64,000 bases of DNA from the human T2T-CHM13v2.0 reference genome, Homo sapiens (GCF_009914755.1 NC_060944.1); one strand, 5' to 3'. Positions 37,601 to 53,842 are shown, numbered from the stretch's first letter. Program-made: numbers and translations. The notes: a model not told the origin generated them from the letters alone.

Positions 37601-37716
37601 TTTGACCTTACTCTGTGGCTAAATTGGGGAGGGGGTCTTTCTCTTAGAGATGTTTGTTTCTATTCTGCCTGTAATGAGGAGTCGTCACTGAATTGGCTCT
37701 ATTGCAATCGACAGAA

Positions 37717-37893
37717 CAGTGGTTCTCAGAGTGTGGTCCCTGGATCAGCTGCAGCAGCGTCACCTGTGAGCTTCTTAGAAATGGAAACTTGGGTATCCTT
37801 TTCCACCCTGAGTAAGGAACTCTGTAGCCTGGCAACCTGGGGCTTAACATGCCCTTCAGGTGATTCAAATGCATGCTTAAATCTGAGACCACA
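37717..37893. mobile_element. MER5A (hAT-Charlie)
   Basis: cagtggttctcagagtgtggtccctgga...caggtgattcaaatgcatgcttaaatctgagaccac. Confidence 0.85.
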
Positions 37894-38356
37894 TCCGTAA
37901 AGAATCTTAGCTTAGAATAAGGTTCAGCCTCAACTTCTCTATCTTGTCTTTCTACAAGGCTATATAACTTACTATTACTGTTACTGTTGATGCCTAAATC
38001 AGTGCAGCTCTGCCCCTTCAAGTAATCTTCCATGGAAGAGTGGTGATATTTGGAGATTTTCCTTCGCAATCAGTAATGTCTCAAAGTGTGTTCTAATCCT
38101 GAATCTAATTTTGTAACAAGAGAATCTCTCAGAGCATCTAGTCAATTCTAATGCTAGAAATAACAGTTTGTCCATTGACTTTTAATTTCACTGATGTATT
38201 TTTATTTCTAAAAGTCCTAAATCTTTCATTTGTAAAGTATCCTAAGTATGGTTGTTTTATAATCTTCATCTGAAAGTGTTAATACCTACATTCACTGTGG
38301 GCCAGATTTGTGATATTTCTGCTCACCCTTGCTTATTTCTTCCTGTGTTTAGTGCT

Positions 38357-38737
38357 TGTCTTAGTTTGCTTCTGCTGTTACAACAAAATACCACACAGTG
38401 TAATTTATCAATAATAGAAATTTATTTCACACAGTTCTGAAGGCCGGGAAGTCCAACATTGAAGTGCTGGCAGATTCAGTGTCTGATAAGGACTCACTCT
38501 CTTCTTCTAAGATAGCACCTTATTACGTGTCCTCTGGAGGGGATGAACACTGTGTGCTCACATGGCAGAAGCGCAAGAAGGGGCTAACTCTCCCCCTCAA
38601 GCCCTTTTGTACAGGCACTAATCCTATGGGCGAGGGCTTAATCACCTCCAAGGGCTCCACCTCTTAATGCCATCACCTCAGGAATTTAGTTCCCACATAT
38701 TAATTGCAAAGGAATATATGCATCCAAACCATTAGCA
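38357..38737 (-). mobile_element. MaLR solo LTR (MLT1A/MST-like)
   Basis: TG...CA ends with perfect 5-bp TSD gtgct (38352-38356 and 38738-38742). Confidence 0.88.
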
Positions 38738-39372
38738 GTGCTCATTTCCCTCCCTTGAATCCCAAACTCAGGTTGTTTTCTGAGACTATCCATGGGCATT
38801 TTCTAGTCCTGTCTTTAACATACATTATCCTAGAGGACATTTGCATTTGCTTCTGCCAAGAATCACAGTGGTGGATTCCCAGCCCCAAACACTACAAACT
38901 AAGTGTTCAACTGTGTTTTTCAAGGCACATTAAGAGTGTGAAATCTCAGAGAGAGTGTGAGTGCAGGCTTGTGGTTAGAAATTCTCAGAGATGAAGCCCC
39001 TCTGGCCCTCCTCCAAAGGAAAAAAAAACAGTTTTACCCAAAATAATTTTAGAGGTGAGAATGCGTTCAAGGCTTTCTCTTTCTGTCCTTCAGTGGGTGG
39101 GGAGGAAGACGTCTTGGCTGAGTCTGTGTCCACATTCACAATCTTATCAGTTAAATCTTTGGTCACATGGGAGCCTCTGCATCTCTAAACCATGGACTGT
39201 GTGTGTGGGAGGACATCACTGTTGATGGTAATGATGACAATGGTACTGGTGACATTACTTGTACCAACAGTGATGTTATTGTTAGTAGTAGTAGTGGTGG
39301 TGATGTAATGGTGGTTGTGGATTTCTGGTAGTGATGGTGGTGGTGGTGGTGGTGGTATGGAAGGGATGATGG

Positions 39373-39697
39373 CTAGGAATCAGTAAAATTTTTCTGTAAA
39401 GAGTCAGATAATATTTTAGGCTTCATGGACAATATGGTCTCTGTCACAACTGCTCAACTCTTCCCTTGTCATGAAGAAGAAGCCATAGACATATGTGCAT
39501 GAATGGTTGTGGGTGTAGTCCAATAAAACTTTATTTATGGACACTGACATTTGAATTTCACATAATTTTTGTGTGTCATAGAATATTCCTATTTTCTTCA
39601 ACTACTTAAAAATGTGAAAACCATTCTTAGCTTGTGGGCTGTACAAACGCAGGTGTTAGATGTATTTGTTCTGTGGCCTTGATTTTCCAAATCCTGG
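39373..39697. mobile_element. MER58 (hAT-Charlie)
   Basis: ttttctgtaaagagtcagata...ctctgtcacaactgctcaactc...ccaataaaactttatttatggacactga. Confidence 0.85.
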
Positions 39698-39699
39698 CA

Positions 39700-40895
39700 G
39701 TAGTGTCAGCAGTGGGGATGATGGTGGTAATGGTGATGGTACTCCTATTGACAGTTTCAGTGGTGGGGACGGTGATAGTGGTACTCCTGCTGATGGTGTC
39801 AGTGGTGGGGATGGTGACGGTGGTACTCCTTCTGACAGTGTCAGTGGTGGGGATGATGGTGGTGATGGTGGTGAGGGTGATGGTAGTACTCCTGGTGATG
39901 GTATCAATGGTGGGGATAATGATGGTGATGGTGTCAGTGTTGGGAATAATGATGGTGATGGTGGTGGTGATGGTGTCAGTGGTGGGGATAATGATGGTGA
40001 TGGTCGTGGTGATGGTGGTAATACCCCTGGTGATGGTTTCAGTGGTGGAGATGATGACAGTGATGGTGGTGGTGATGGTAGTACTCCCGGTGGTGGTGTC
40101 AGTGGTGGGGATGGTGATGGTGGTGGTGATGGTGTCAGTGGTGGGGATGGTGATGGTGGTGGTGATGGTGTCAGTGGTGGGGATGGTGATGGTGGTGGTG
40201 ATGGTGATGGTAGTATTCCCGGTGATGGTGTCAGTGGTGGGGATGGTGATGGTGGTGGTGATGGTAGTATTCCCGGTGATGGTGTCAGTGGTGGGGATGG
40301 TGATGGTGGTGGTGACAGTAGTACTCCCAGTGATGGTGTCATGGTGGAGATGGTGATGGTGGTGGTGATGGTAGTACTCCCGGTGATGGTGTCAGTGGTG
40401 GGGATGGTGATGGTGGTGGTGATGATGGTAGTACTCCCGGTGATGGTGTCAGTGGTGGGGATGGTGATGGTGGTGGTGACGGTAGTACTCCTGGTGATGG
40501 TGTCAGTGGTGGGGATGGTGATGGTGGTGGTGATGGTAGTATTCCCAGTGATGGTGTCAGTGGTGGGGATGGTGATGGTGGTGGTGATGGTGTCAGTGGT
40601 GGGGATGGTGATGGTGGTATTCCCAGTGATAGTGTCAGTGGTGGGGATGGTGATGGTGGTGGCGATGGTGGTATTCCTGGTGATGGTGTCAGTGGTGGGG
40701 AGAGTGGTGGTGATGATGGTAGTACCCCTGGTGGTGGTGATTATGAAAATGGCTATGTCAGTGATGCTGATTGTGATGGTGACTGAAGTTCTGGAGGTGA
40801 TGGGGTAATGAAGGTAGTGATGGCTATGGTGGTGATGGTGGAGATAATGGAGATGGTGGTCATGGTGAGGGTGGTGGAGTTGGTAATGGTGGACA
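39700..40895. repeat. (GGT/GAT)-derived minisatellite with ~51-bp higher-order unit
   Basis: Repeated ggtgatggtgtcagtggtggggatggtgatggtggtggtgatggtagtactccc, about 20 copies of the tcagtggtgggga core. Confidence 0.95.
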
Positions 40896-41596
40896 TGGCA
40901 GTGTCACAGGGGAAGAAGCTTCCTCCCTCCACATTATCCTTAAAAATGAAGTGGAGACTTACAAAGCTAAAGGGAGTTGGCACAACTTTTAAAAGCAGCA
41001 ATGGTCTGAATCTGCAGGTTTTCTTGTTTCCAAAATCACATCATATCTGCTATATATGTCTGACTGCTTATAAATCAGATTTGGAGTTCCTGTGGATTGT
41101 GACCCAGTGGTGCTGTGCTATGACAAAGCATCACTCACCAGCAGAAGTTTGGGTTGGCTTTGTGAACAGGAAGTCCCAGGCCACCAAAAATGATACATAG
41201 GATGATGTAGCATTTTGCAATTGTAATGTGCCATTTAAATGCTAAATAGTAATAACTGATCTGGTCCCAAATGTTTCATTAACTCTCTCCACTGCCAAAT
41301 CACAGGCTTTTCTGTGTGTGCTAAAGGCAAATTTTAATTGTTTTAATGAGGGTTTGCAAGCAGCTCTTTTCTCTATACACTTGGGCCTTGGTGAATTACA
41401 CGTATCATTCGCTTAGCAGTAGGGAAGTTTTACTATTTACACAAAAGGCTTCTAACAGTGTTAGGGTTTGGGAAAGACCCAGCACCTGGTGCCCTCCTAA
41501 TGCCTTGACAAATTGAGCTGTATAAGAAGGGTCAGGAGCAGCCATACCTGTCAAACATGCCAAACACTCTGGCTAAATGAAACTGCAATTAGTTTT

Positions 41597-41931
41597 GTGG
41601 GGGGTTTTGTTTGTTTGTTTTTTGGGTTTTTTGTTTTTTTTTTTTTCGGAGACGGAGTCTTGTTCTGTCGCCCAGGCTGGAGAGCAGTGGTGCAATCTCT
41701 GCTCACTGCAACTTCTGCCTCCTGAGTTCAAGCGATTCTCCTGCCTCAGGCTCCTGAGTAGCTGGGACTACAGGCGCATGCCACCAAGCCCAGCTAATTT
41801 TTTTGTATTTTAGTAGAGACAGGGTTTCACCATGTTGACCAGGCTGGTCTTGAACTCCTGAGCTCAGGCAGTCTGCCTGCCTCAGCCTCCCAAAGTGCTA
41901 GGATTACAGGTGTGAGCCACCGTGCCTGGCC
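41597..41931 (-). mobile_element. AluS
   Basis: TSD tgcaattagtttt on both flanks. Confidence 0.94.
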
Positions 41932-43094
41932 TGCAATTAGTTTTATTTTCTCCTTCAGTTGCATAGGTAGCTGACTTCATTCTGTTTCTACTTGGAGAGG
42001 CTGCTACAGAGATGGTCTTATATGTTAAATATGACTGATACTGCACAATATAATCGGCATTCGAGTTTTCTAATTAGCCACACAGGGATGGACATGGAAT
42101 ACTATGTTGTGAAGTTCCTTCCACTCTATACAGTAACAAATCATAAACCAACAGTGCAGATCTTTAAGTCATTCTGTGAAAGGAGTAGGTATGTTTAAGA
42201 AAGGGAGATGAGTGGGTGGTAGGGTGGGCGAGACATAGACTTTTAAAAAAAATCTAGACTTATTCGTAGGTTCAGAAAAAAAGGAAAACTAGTAAGAGAA
42301 AGTTCTGATTCTCCAGTTTTTCTGTATTTCTTTATTCATGCATTTGTTTGAAAATAATTGCACTTGCAATCCTGGTTCCCAAAACATTCACTGGATTTTT
42401 TCTAGCCAATTCCTCAGAGCAAAACCATCTATTAAACATTAGAGACAATTTTGAAAAAAAAAAAATGCTACCTGTAATGAGTAATCAAAATTTCTTCATG
42501 GATAGGACCATGTATAACTCTGTCACTTTTACAATGCATAATTCCCCCTGGAGCAGGCTGGCCTTCTTCACAGAAGGTGTGTGCTATGTGTGCTACGTGC
42601 AGGTGGAGCATGAAATTGCTCAGATCCCATTTCTGGTGGGGAAGATGGCTTCTGCGTGTGCTGGTTTATTCTGCTGGGACACTCGGCATGCAAAAGCATC
42701 TGCTGTATTTAGGGGACTGAGTTTTTCTATCTCACAGTGAGTAAGCAGGCCCAGCCTGCAGCATTTTCTTCCATTGGTGGGTAACAGAGGCTGCCTCCAG
42801 CAGGATTTGTCTGGTCCATCTAATGCCTCTGCTTCCTGAACATCTACTATGTTGTCACTTTGTGTTCCAGGCCATACACAAAATGCCATTCCCTCACCCC
42901 AGAGGTACTCTACCACTGAGGGCTTTGTTTTTAAGGTAGTTTTATTCTCACTATATACCTGCCAGAAAAAGAACACACTGTCTTATCAACCATTCAGCCA
43001 AAGAGCTGTAATCATAATTAGCCCCGTATTACACAAGAGCTAAAGGATAGCAACCACCATTTCCCCCCACAATGAAAGCACAGTGAAGGTAAAC

Positions 43095-43460
43095 ACAGTG
43101 CAGTGCTTCCGTACCATGGAATATGAGCCCGCCATGAGAAGAAATGACCTCAAACACATCATGCCAAGTGAAAGAAGGCAGTCATGAGAGGCCACATAGT
43201 GTATGATTCCAGTTATATGAAATGTCCAGAATAGGCAAATCCATAGAGACAGAAAGTAGATCAGTGTTTGCCAGGGGCTGGGGAAAGGAACCACATCATG
43301 GGCATGGGGTGACAGGAATGTTCTGGAATCAGATAGTGATGAGGGTTGCACTGCACAACTTGGTGAATATACTAAATCTCACTCAATTATACATCCTTAA
43401 ATTTGGATGAATTTCATGGCATGCAAATGATATTTCAGTAAAGCAATTATTTTAAAAAAT
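43095..43460 (+). mobile_element. L1MB/ME 3' end
   Basis: atatgaaatgtccagaataggcaaatccatagagacagaaagtagat. Confidence 0.85.
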
Positions 43461-44679
43461 GAATGAAAATACTAATTAAAGTTAAAGAAAGCAACAGAGT
43501 TGGGATCTTCCTGCACTCCCAGCCTTTCAGCCGTGAGCATCCATGCATGGCCCCACAGCCTGAGCTGTTTCGCCAGCTTTCCAACAGAGACCTGGGGTCT
43601 TCTGCTCCATGAGGACTGTAAGACTTGGAGTCAGAAACTCCTGGGCTCAATCTCCACCTATTTCTCTTCGTATCTTTTCTATCTGCATTTAGATCAACAA
43701 CTGTTAGGATTTAGGACCTTGTGGAATCCAAAAGACATCACCAGGGCACATCCTGGAGGTTGCTGGAGCAGTCATTTTCTTGGGAAGGGGTTGGGGGGTC
43801 TGAGTCTTCCTTCTCCTGGGTCTCAGAAGCCAGGAAAGCTAACTGTTCCCCAGCACGTGGGAGAGAATCCGTCTTTTAGGGGCAGGATTAGATTACTCCG
43901 CCTTCTGAGACTGCTCTGGAGGACCAGAATGCCATTGAGCACTGAGGAGTCATTCTCCTAGGAACTGAGGACACCGAGACATGCTCTCCCTGCAATCAGG
44001 CAGCTTATACGCTTGCAGAAAGAATTAACTGTCCTGGCCTTTTTCTAATTTTTGTTGTAAGACGTGTTTGTCCACGTAGGCACATTACCTTCCTCCTTGC
44101 AGGCTGGGAGGCCTTCCAGCTCTTTCTGGTGGTTTCTGCTTGGACCTGTGAAGGCAGATATTTACCCCCTTCTCCAGTTCTGACCACAGAAACAAACTGC
44201 AGTCGTCTAATAATATTTACAGAGCTGTGGGTTTACAGACATACAAGTTGGCCTGCTTAGTTTTCTTGTCCATACAGAAGTTGTGATAACACCTCGCAGG
44301 CTTGTTGACAATAGTCTGATGCCTTGGGTTTGTCCCCAAGAAACAAGCCTGGGGATGAGAATTTGGGAGAGGAGGGGATCCCGGGAAGCACCACCGAGGA
44401 CCAAGGAGGGAAGGCCATAGACAAATGCTGTGTTGTACAGCAAGTTGATCTCTGGGGGGCGCTGGGGAAGTGTCAAACACCAGCCTCCGAGCTGTCCCAC
44501 CCCAGGACAAAGGTGCTGGGTGCTGATCCATCAGCTTCTCACTGTCACTGGCTGAGGCTGCACCAGGTGCCATAGCCCCTTTGGCCTGGCCTGACCTGTA
44601 TGTGAGCCGTGATAGCACCATCAATCCCTGGGATGATGGGAGCCAGGGCACGGAGTAGGGCACCCACGGATTCAGCCCC

Positions 44680-45042
44680 TGTGTTAGTCCATTTTGCATG
44701 GCTATAAAGGTATTCACCTAAGCCTGGATGGTTTATTTTTAAAGGAAGTTTGTTTGGGCTTACGGTTCTGCAGGCTGTACAGGCACGGCACTGGCATCTG
44801 CTCAGCTTCTGGTGAGGCCTCAGGAGGTTTTTATTCATGGAAGAAGGTGAAGGGAAGCAGGCACATCACATGACAAAGGGGGAGCAAGAGAAAGAGGAGG
44901 GGGTCCCAGTCTCTTTTCAACAACCAGCTCTTACGAGAGCTTATTACCCTAGGGAGGGCACCTCGTTCCCGGCCCCACCTCCAACACTAGGGATCACATT
45001 TCAACCTGAGATTTGGAACCCACAAACATCTAAACTGTAACA
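44680..45042 (-). mobile_element. MaLR solo LTR (MST family)
   Basis: tgtgttagtccattttgcatggctataaagg...aaactgtaaca; perfect TSD gcccc. Confidence 0.9.
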
Positions 45043-46305
45043 GCCCCTGGTTGATGTGACTTTGTCATCATCCCTTTCCCTAATCCGAGGGCCTAAGCTA
45101 GAAGCAGGGGGCCCCCTCCTCACAGCCTCCACCCCTCCCCTCCATCTGGGGCACTCAGGGAAGCCCCAGGAGCCTGTAGATCCCACCTGGACTCCTGAGG
45201 TTGTCAGCACAAGCTCCGGGGCTCCTGCCTGGCCAGGCCTGTGCCCTCCCTCTCTTCTTTTCTGAACCTCTGCACAGGTCCCTCTGCTGGCCTTTGCCTC
45301 AGGGCCCAGTGTGCTGGGCAGGGATTTCCCCCAGCCGGAACAGTGCCCCTCGGTCTGGCCCTGGCTAACTCCTCACCCCGTTCAGGGCTTGCCGTCAGTG
45401 GGTCTTCACAGGAGATTGTGCCCTGTGTTTCTTCCTTCAAGGCAGCTTTGTCTCGCCCACTGGTTACACGTTGGCGCTCATTCAAAAAATTGTCTTTCTC
45501 CTGTGCTGCGTGCAGGGTCCCTGCTGGTGGTCACCTAGGTCCCCAGCTACACCCCCGCACTCAACACACTACACACTGCCTGCACACGGTAGGTACCCAT
45601 TAAGTGCCTGTCAGGTGGATGCATGGAAGTACCTGCCACATGCTCGTGGTGTGGTAGGGGCTGGACACGGTGCGGCTTCCTTTATTCCCTGGGTTTGAGG
45701 GAGGGAGTTCTGTTTTGAAACTTTTATTGGTGACATTGCATTAGGACTTGCGGCCACCTCTGCTCTGAAGAGCTGGCTTTTGCCCAGCTGGAGTATTATT
45801 TTGTCACCAACCACTGGATGGTTTTCACTTGCATTGAGAGATGATTGTCACTTGGTGTGGGGTGTGGTGTTTGCTGGTTTAGGTTTAGGAAGCTTCCAAC
45901 ATGCAGAGCCATAAGAAAACAGTGACTCTTTACCTGTTATGATCTTGGTTTCAGTAGGCCATTACCTTGAGTTAAGACAGGGATGAGATGGGAACCATTG
46001 CCAGTTCTGAAGCAGCACCATAGTTGTTTGCCGATGTTTTCTGCTGGCTTGTGTGTAGACACCTCCTGGTGAGAGCATAGGAGTAGCTCTTCATGTCAAA
46101 GGGAAGATGTGGGAAATTGCTTGATGAAGATCCAAACCTCATCACTAAATGTACAGCAGTGTGCTTTCTTCCTAAGTACTACTGAATTTCTGGCTAGAAT
46201 AGTTCCTTCCCAAATGGAAGGTTTATTTACAAATCAAGAAAAGCTACTAGCGTTCAATAACTTAATCCAAGATAGACGGGCTTTTAAATTACACATCTCT
46301 CTAGG

Positions 46306-46719
46306 TGTCAACCTTAATCATAAACAGAGAGAAGCTCTCTAAAAGAAAAGATGTTTATCTGGGCATAAAGCTTTGCAATGGGAACACACATGCCATAGTA
46401 AACTGTGTGCACATTCAGGGAGGTAAAAGAAGACAAAGGTTTTTCATGAAAAAAAAAGGGTGAAGATTGCACAATTGTTTTGAAATAATTATCCTTGGCT
46501 ATAAAGATTAATAACAAGGGTGACACCACTCTGAGTCTGGACGGGCAGTTGCTGGGCAGATGATCTCGCAGAAGTGTTTTTTGTGTAAAATGCTGTGGGT
46601 TTTGTAGTCTTGTTATTAAGCATACAAGCATGAGACCCCTCTCTTCATGGCCTCCCCTGGCTCTATTTGTCAGGGTTTTCTTAACGTTACTGACTCCATT
46701 TTGATTCTGACAACTTTCA
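46306..46719 (-). mobile_element. ERV1 (MER4-group-like) solo LTR
   Basis: Reverse strand begins tgaaagttgtcagaatcaaaatggagtc; TG...CA ends; flanks ctagg/ctggg. Confidence 0.7.
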
Positions 46720-48144
46720 CTGGGGTACTGACTTAAACAAGTAATTTTTCCTCATTGATGGAGAGTTCATCTGTTTTCATCAGTGAAGTTCTTGACACAC
46801 ATGTTTGAGGATTCATTTGCGGCTGCTATTGGCAAAACATCACTCAGTTATTCATCAAGTGCTAATGGAACAGATGAATTGTACAGGATGCATCATCAGA
46901 ACTGCAAGGATGGTTGAGATCATGGCTGTGATGGGAGAGCCTGCAGTGCAGCCGCGATGACTTGTCCCCAGCAGAACCAGAGGGGCGTGGCCATGCTGTC
47001 ATCCAGGCCTGAGCTGGGCAGCCTGGGAGCCCAGATGACCAACTCTGCTCCAGAAAGAGGTGATATCTGAGTGTGGCCACGGGTGAAATTACCGGGGAGC
47101 CACATTCCCGTGGGTGTCAGCGCACTCAAAGGCCAATTCAGAATGGACATTTGTCTCCAGAGGCAGGGAGGAGTTGGGCATCCTGAGTCTTGCTGTGTTC
47201 CTCAAACACTCTCCAAGCAAGAAAGGCCCCACTGAATACGTCATTGCCACCCCATTCAGGAGACCCGGCTGCCTGGATCAGCTCCTTCAAGGCACTAAGA
47301 AGCGCTGTCTGTCTGTCTGGGAGCACTCCCTGGGCATATTGGAGATAGCCTCAGGCCCCATAGCCACCTCTGTGTTAGAAACCGGGTGTGCCCTTCCTAA
47401 ATATCCTCCGGGTTACGCCTGCTTACTCAGGTGAGCCAAGCTGAACAGCCTTCCACACACAGCCTGGAGAAGTGTCTGTACCTGAGAGGGACAAGTGAGA
47501 GCCCCAGCGCACTTTCATTCATCACTCCTACTGCCAGCATGGTCTCAGGCCCCCCATGTCTCTCAGGGAGGACCCTGTGATCTGAGCTGCTGAATGTGGA
47601 ATCCTCCAGCTGTGGGATGAGGCTACACATTTTGCCTCTTCATGACCCATTTTTCAAATAAAATACATAAAGCAGGGAACCATCACTGGGGCTCTGTTGG
47701 GTCCTGGACCCCAAAGTTTCCTGGAGGGCATCACACCCTTCTTACTGCCCAAAAGCACTTTGAGCAGTAGAGGACCACCGCATCTGTCAGTTGTCCACAC
47801 CACCAGGGCTTATTGTGCTTCTCCTTGTACCCATTCCTCATGCTGTTCACACATCCATCTGCCTGAACTGCCTCTATGATGATCACATCCCACTTAAGCC
47901 TTTCTTCCACATGCCTATTGCTTACTATGAGCCTCTAAATGAGACCCGCCCCTCCTAACTTTATCTCTCCAGCCTCCTCCTCTGCTTCCTAAACACTACC
48001 TATGCTGTTCCCTCTGCCTGGAACATCTCCCCTGCACAGCTTAACCTGTTGATTTTTTCAAACCTCTCTATTACAGAAAATTTCAAACACACATGAAAGG
48101 AGAGAGGATTCTATAATGAATCACATGCACCCATCAACCAACTT

Positions 48145-48430
48145 TGGTGGTCAGCCCACAGCCAGTCTTGTTTTCTCAGTATGGTATACACTCCTCCTTC
48201 AGTGGTCAGTCCACAGCCAGTCTTGTTTTCTCAGTATGGTATACAGCACACCTTCATTCATCACTCCTGCTGCCAGTCTTGTTTTCTCTGTATGGTATAC
48301 ACTCCTCCCTCAGTGGTCAGTCCACAGCCAGTCTTGTTTTCCCTGTATGGTATACAGCACACCTTCATTCATAACTCCTGCTGCCAGTCTTGTTTTCTCG
48401 GTATGGTATACACTCCTCCTTCAGTGATCA
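48145..48430. repeat. 55/56-bp alternating tandem array (111-bp dimer)
   Basis: gccagtcttgttttc at 48161, 48216, 48272, 48327 and 48383. Confidence 0.95.
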
Positions 48431-48440
48431 GAGATGGTCA

Positions 48441-48657
48441 GAGATGACCACAGGTAATGGCTGTCAGATGGGGCTCCAGATGGCACTGCTGGTGGGTTCA
48501 TCGGGGATCCCTGCTGTCCCACATCCCATGAGACAGAGAGGTCATTGGCAAGATGAAAGAGGGATGCCTGATCCTAGAGCCTCATGAGGCTGGAAGTGTA
48601 CTTGAGGGGGTACACTTTGGGAGGTGTTTCTGCCGTCACCTGTGGTTCCTTGACTTT
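48441..48657 (+). repeat. Dispersed direct duplicate of 54632-54835
   Basis: Hand alignment about 90% identical over ~204 nt. Confidence 0.93.
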
Positions 48658-48929
48658 CTGCTGTCATCTGTGGTTCCTTGACATCCTAGGATGTGAAGGA
48701 GGAGGAGGAATTCCAGATGAGAATTCCAATTGAGATGATCAGTGGTCAGCGCACAGTCTTCTTTTCTCGGTATGGTGTGCACTTCTCCTTCCTATCCAGA
48801 TGATTTTAAACAAGTCCCAGACAGTGTATCTTTTATTTCATCTGTAAATACTTTAGCATGAATCTCCACATAGATAGCTCTTCTTTTTATGTTTTATTTT
48901 AGTTCAGTTTAATTGAGTTTGTCTAATTT

Positions 48930-51835
<2,906 letters not shown>

Positions 51836-53134
51836 GTAGAAAATCTCTATCTATTGCCATAAAACCCTAAAACTCTTTGACTAAGACAGAAAAAATCAGA
51901 GCTGAAAGGGACCTGAAAGCTTTCCTTGCTCAATCACCCCATTAATAGTTCCACTTTCATAAGCCACTTGCCAACAGTCAGATATTTAGTAGCAAAACTA
52001 GGGCTGAATCTCTGGCCTCGTGACTTTTAGTAAAAAGTGTTCTTTATACCGTGACAGTCTCCAAGTAAAAAAATGTATATGTGTTTATGTAGAATATAAA
52101 ACTTGTATAGAATATGTTGTATACCTACTTTCTGACTTATATTTTTCTTTCACAACCCCTCAATTTTCCCACTCACCTGATATTCACCACGACTCATGGT
52201 TAGCTGTGCATGTTAGTAACTCCCCAGGAGAGTTCTTACAATAGTGTTATAGAAAGAGACTAAGAACTAGGGACTCAAATGCAAGGCCACAGAGGCCCCT
52301 CTTCATCCTGTCTCCTCCTCCAGCTGCCTTCCTCTATAAGGAAGCAGGTGGAGCATGATTGGCCAGTGATGCATTTAAGGCGGCTTCCTCTGCCAAGCTC
52401 AAAACCAGACTCCCAGTCTTATAAGATGATGACATGGGGAACTCAGTGGTTGATGCAGCCCAGAAAGTGTTTGGTCAAGAGAAGGGAGCATCCTAGACAT
52501 AGCAGAGACTGCTTATGCAGAAATAAAGAGTCAGGCAGGAGGCTTTCATCTCTGTAGCTACTGGTTCTGAGTATCATCGACTGAGAAAAAAATAAATAAA
52601 AAATCCCACAAAAGTTATAAAGGGAATTGGAAGAACAGTAGCACTGTCCTGGGGCAAGACTCCGGAGTGCATTGGTACAGAGAGCCATGTGGATAACCCT
52701 AGATGGCAGCCTCATTAGAGGCATTCTCTCTCCTCCCATCAACCCAGTTTCATCTCTGAGCGGATGAACCCAGGCCCAGGGAAAGGCTCTGAGCAGGTAG
52801 GAGTGGGTACCAGCAAACGTGGAAGGAAATGAGCTAATGGGAATTATGAAGCAAAGGCAATATATATGACAAACCAGTCTGTGTTGAAAGAGATATCGAA
52901 GGATGCGGAAATGACAAAATAAAATTCCACTAATTTTGATCCCTTTCATTCATACTTAGTCATAATTTATGATACTCAAAATTGAAAAAATTCACTTCAA
53001 TAAGAAAAAAAGTTGTTCTTTTAAAAAAATAAATTGTTTGACATAATTTGAGTACATTTTAAAATTTAGTAAATAATCAGTTGTAAAATCAACTTGTTCA
53101 GCAGGCCAAAATGTGCACTGTACACTGTAGCCCA

Positions 53135-53305
53135 GCACCTCCTCAGCTTTAATGTGCAGACTCATCAGCTGGGATCGTGTTAAAATGCAGATTCTGATTT
53201 AGTAGGTGCAGGTGCTACTCAAGATTCTGCATTTCCAACAAGCTCCCAGCTGGTGCTGATGCTTCTGGTTCTCAGCAAATTCTGAGTGGCCAACTATAGA
53301 GAGCA
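53135..53305. mobile_element. MER5-family DNA transposon
   Basis: gttaaaatgcagattctgatttagtaggt...ctgcatttccaacaagctcccagctggtgctgatgct. Confidence 0.8.
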
Positions 53306-53842
53306 CCCTAGGAGACCAAGCTGTGCCTCTCTCAAGATGCCTCAGTAGCAGATTCGTGTTTGGGACTTGACACCTCAAGATCATCACTAAGTAGAGATTA
53401 TTGCAATCACATAATTTCCTGCTTGAATGAACAGCCATGTACCTGGGAAGAGCTAATCGCCTTTACAGATTTGCAGTTCTGTTTTCCTATGGACTTGTCA
53501 GATGCTAATGCGATTGGGTTTATTTACCTGTGGGTTTCAGGATGTCTGCTAGCAATCAAAGGTTCCTCTAGGCTGCAAGGGAGCCAATTCCTGCAGTCTC
53601 CTTCATTTGGAAGCAGAGACTTTATAGAGATTCAGGTAATCAATTTCTGCTAACTCTGGCTAGCCGCCCCCACAGACCCTTTTTAACATTCACTGAATAG
53701 GTAGGACTGCATTTTATCTAACTCTCACAGTTACTATGCGTTTATCAGCTGGCTGGTACAGTCTGAAACAATGTGGGTCTGGGTGATTAGCTTGTTTTCA
53801 AGTGTGATTCTCTTGTCTCATCTCTGTTTTCTCCTCCTCCAG

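Noticed and set aside
39634-40808. 382-, 240- and 228-aa low-complexity ORFs
   Set aside because: By-products of a triplet-based minisatellite; no ATG-led, spliced gene structure.
48145-48430. CRISPR-like repeat-spacer appearance
   Set aside because: The spacers alternate between two sequences instead of being unique, there are no cas genes and the context is primate intron.
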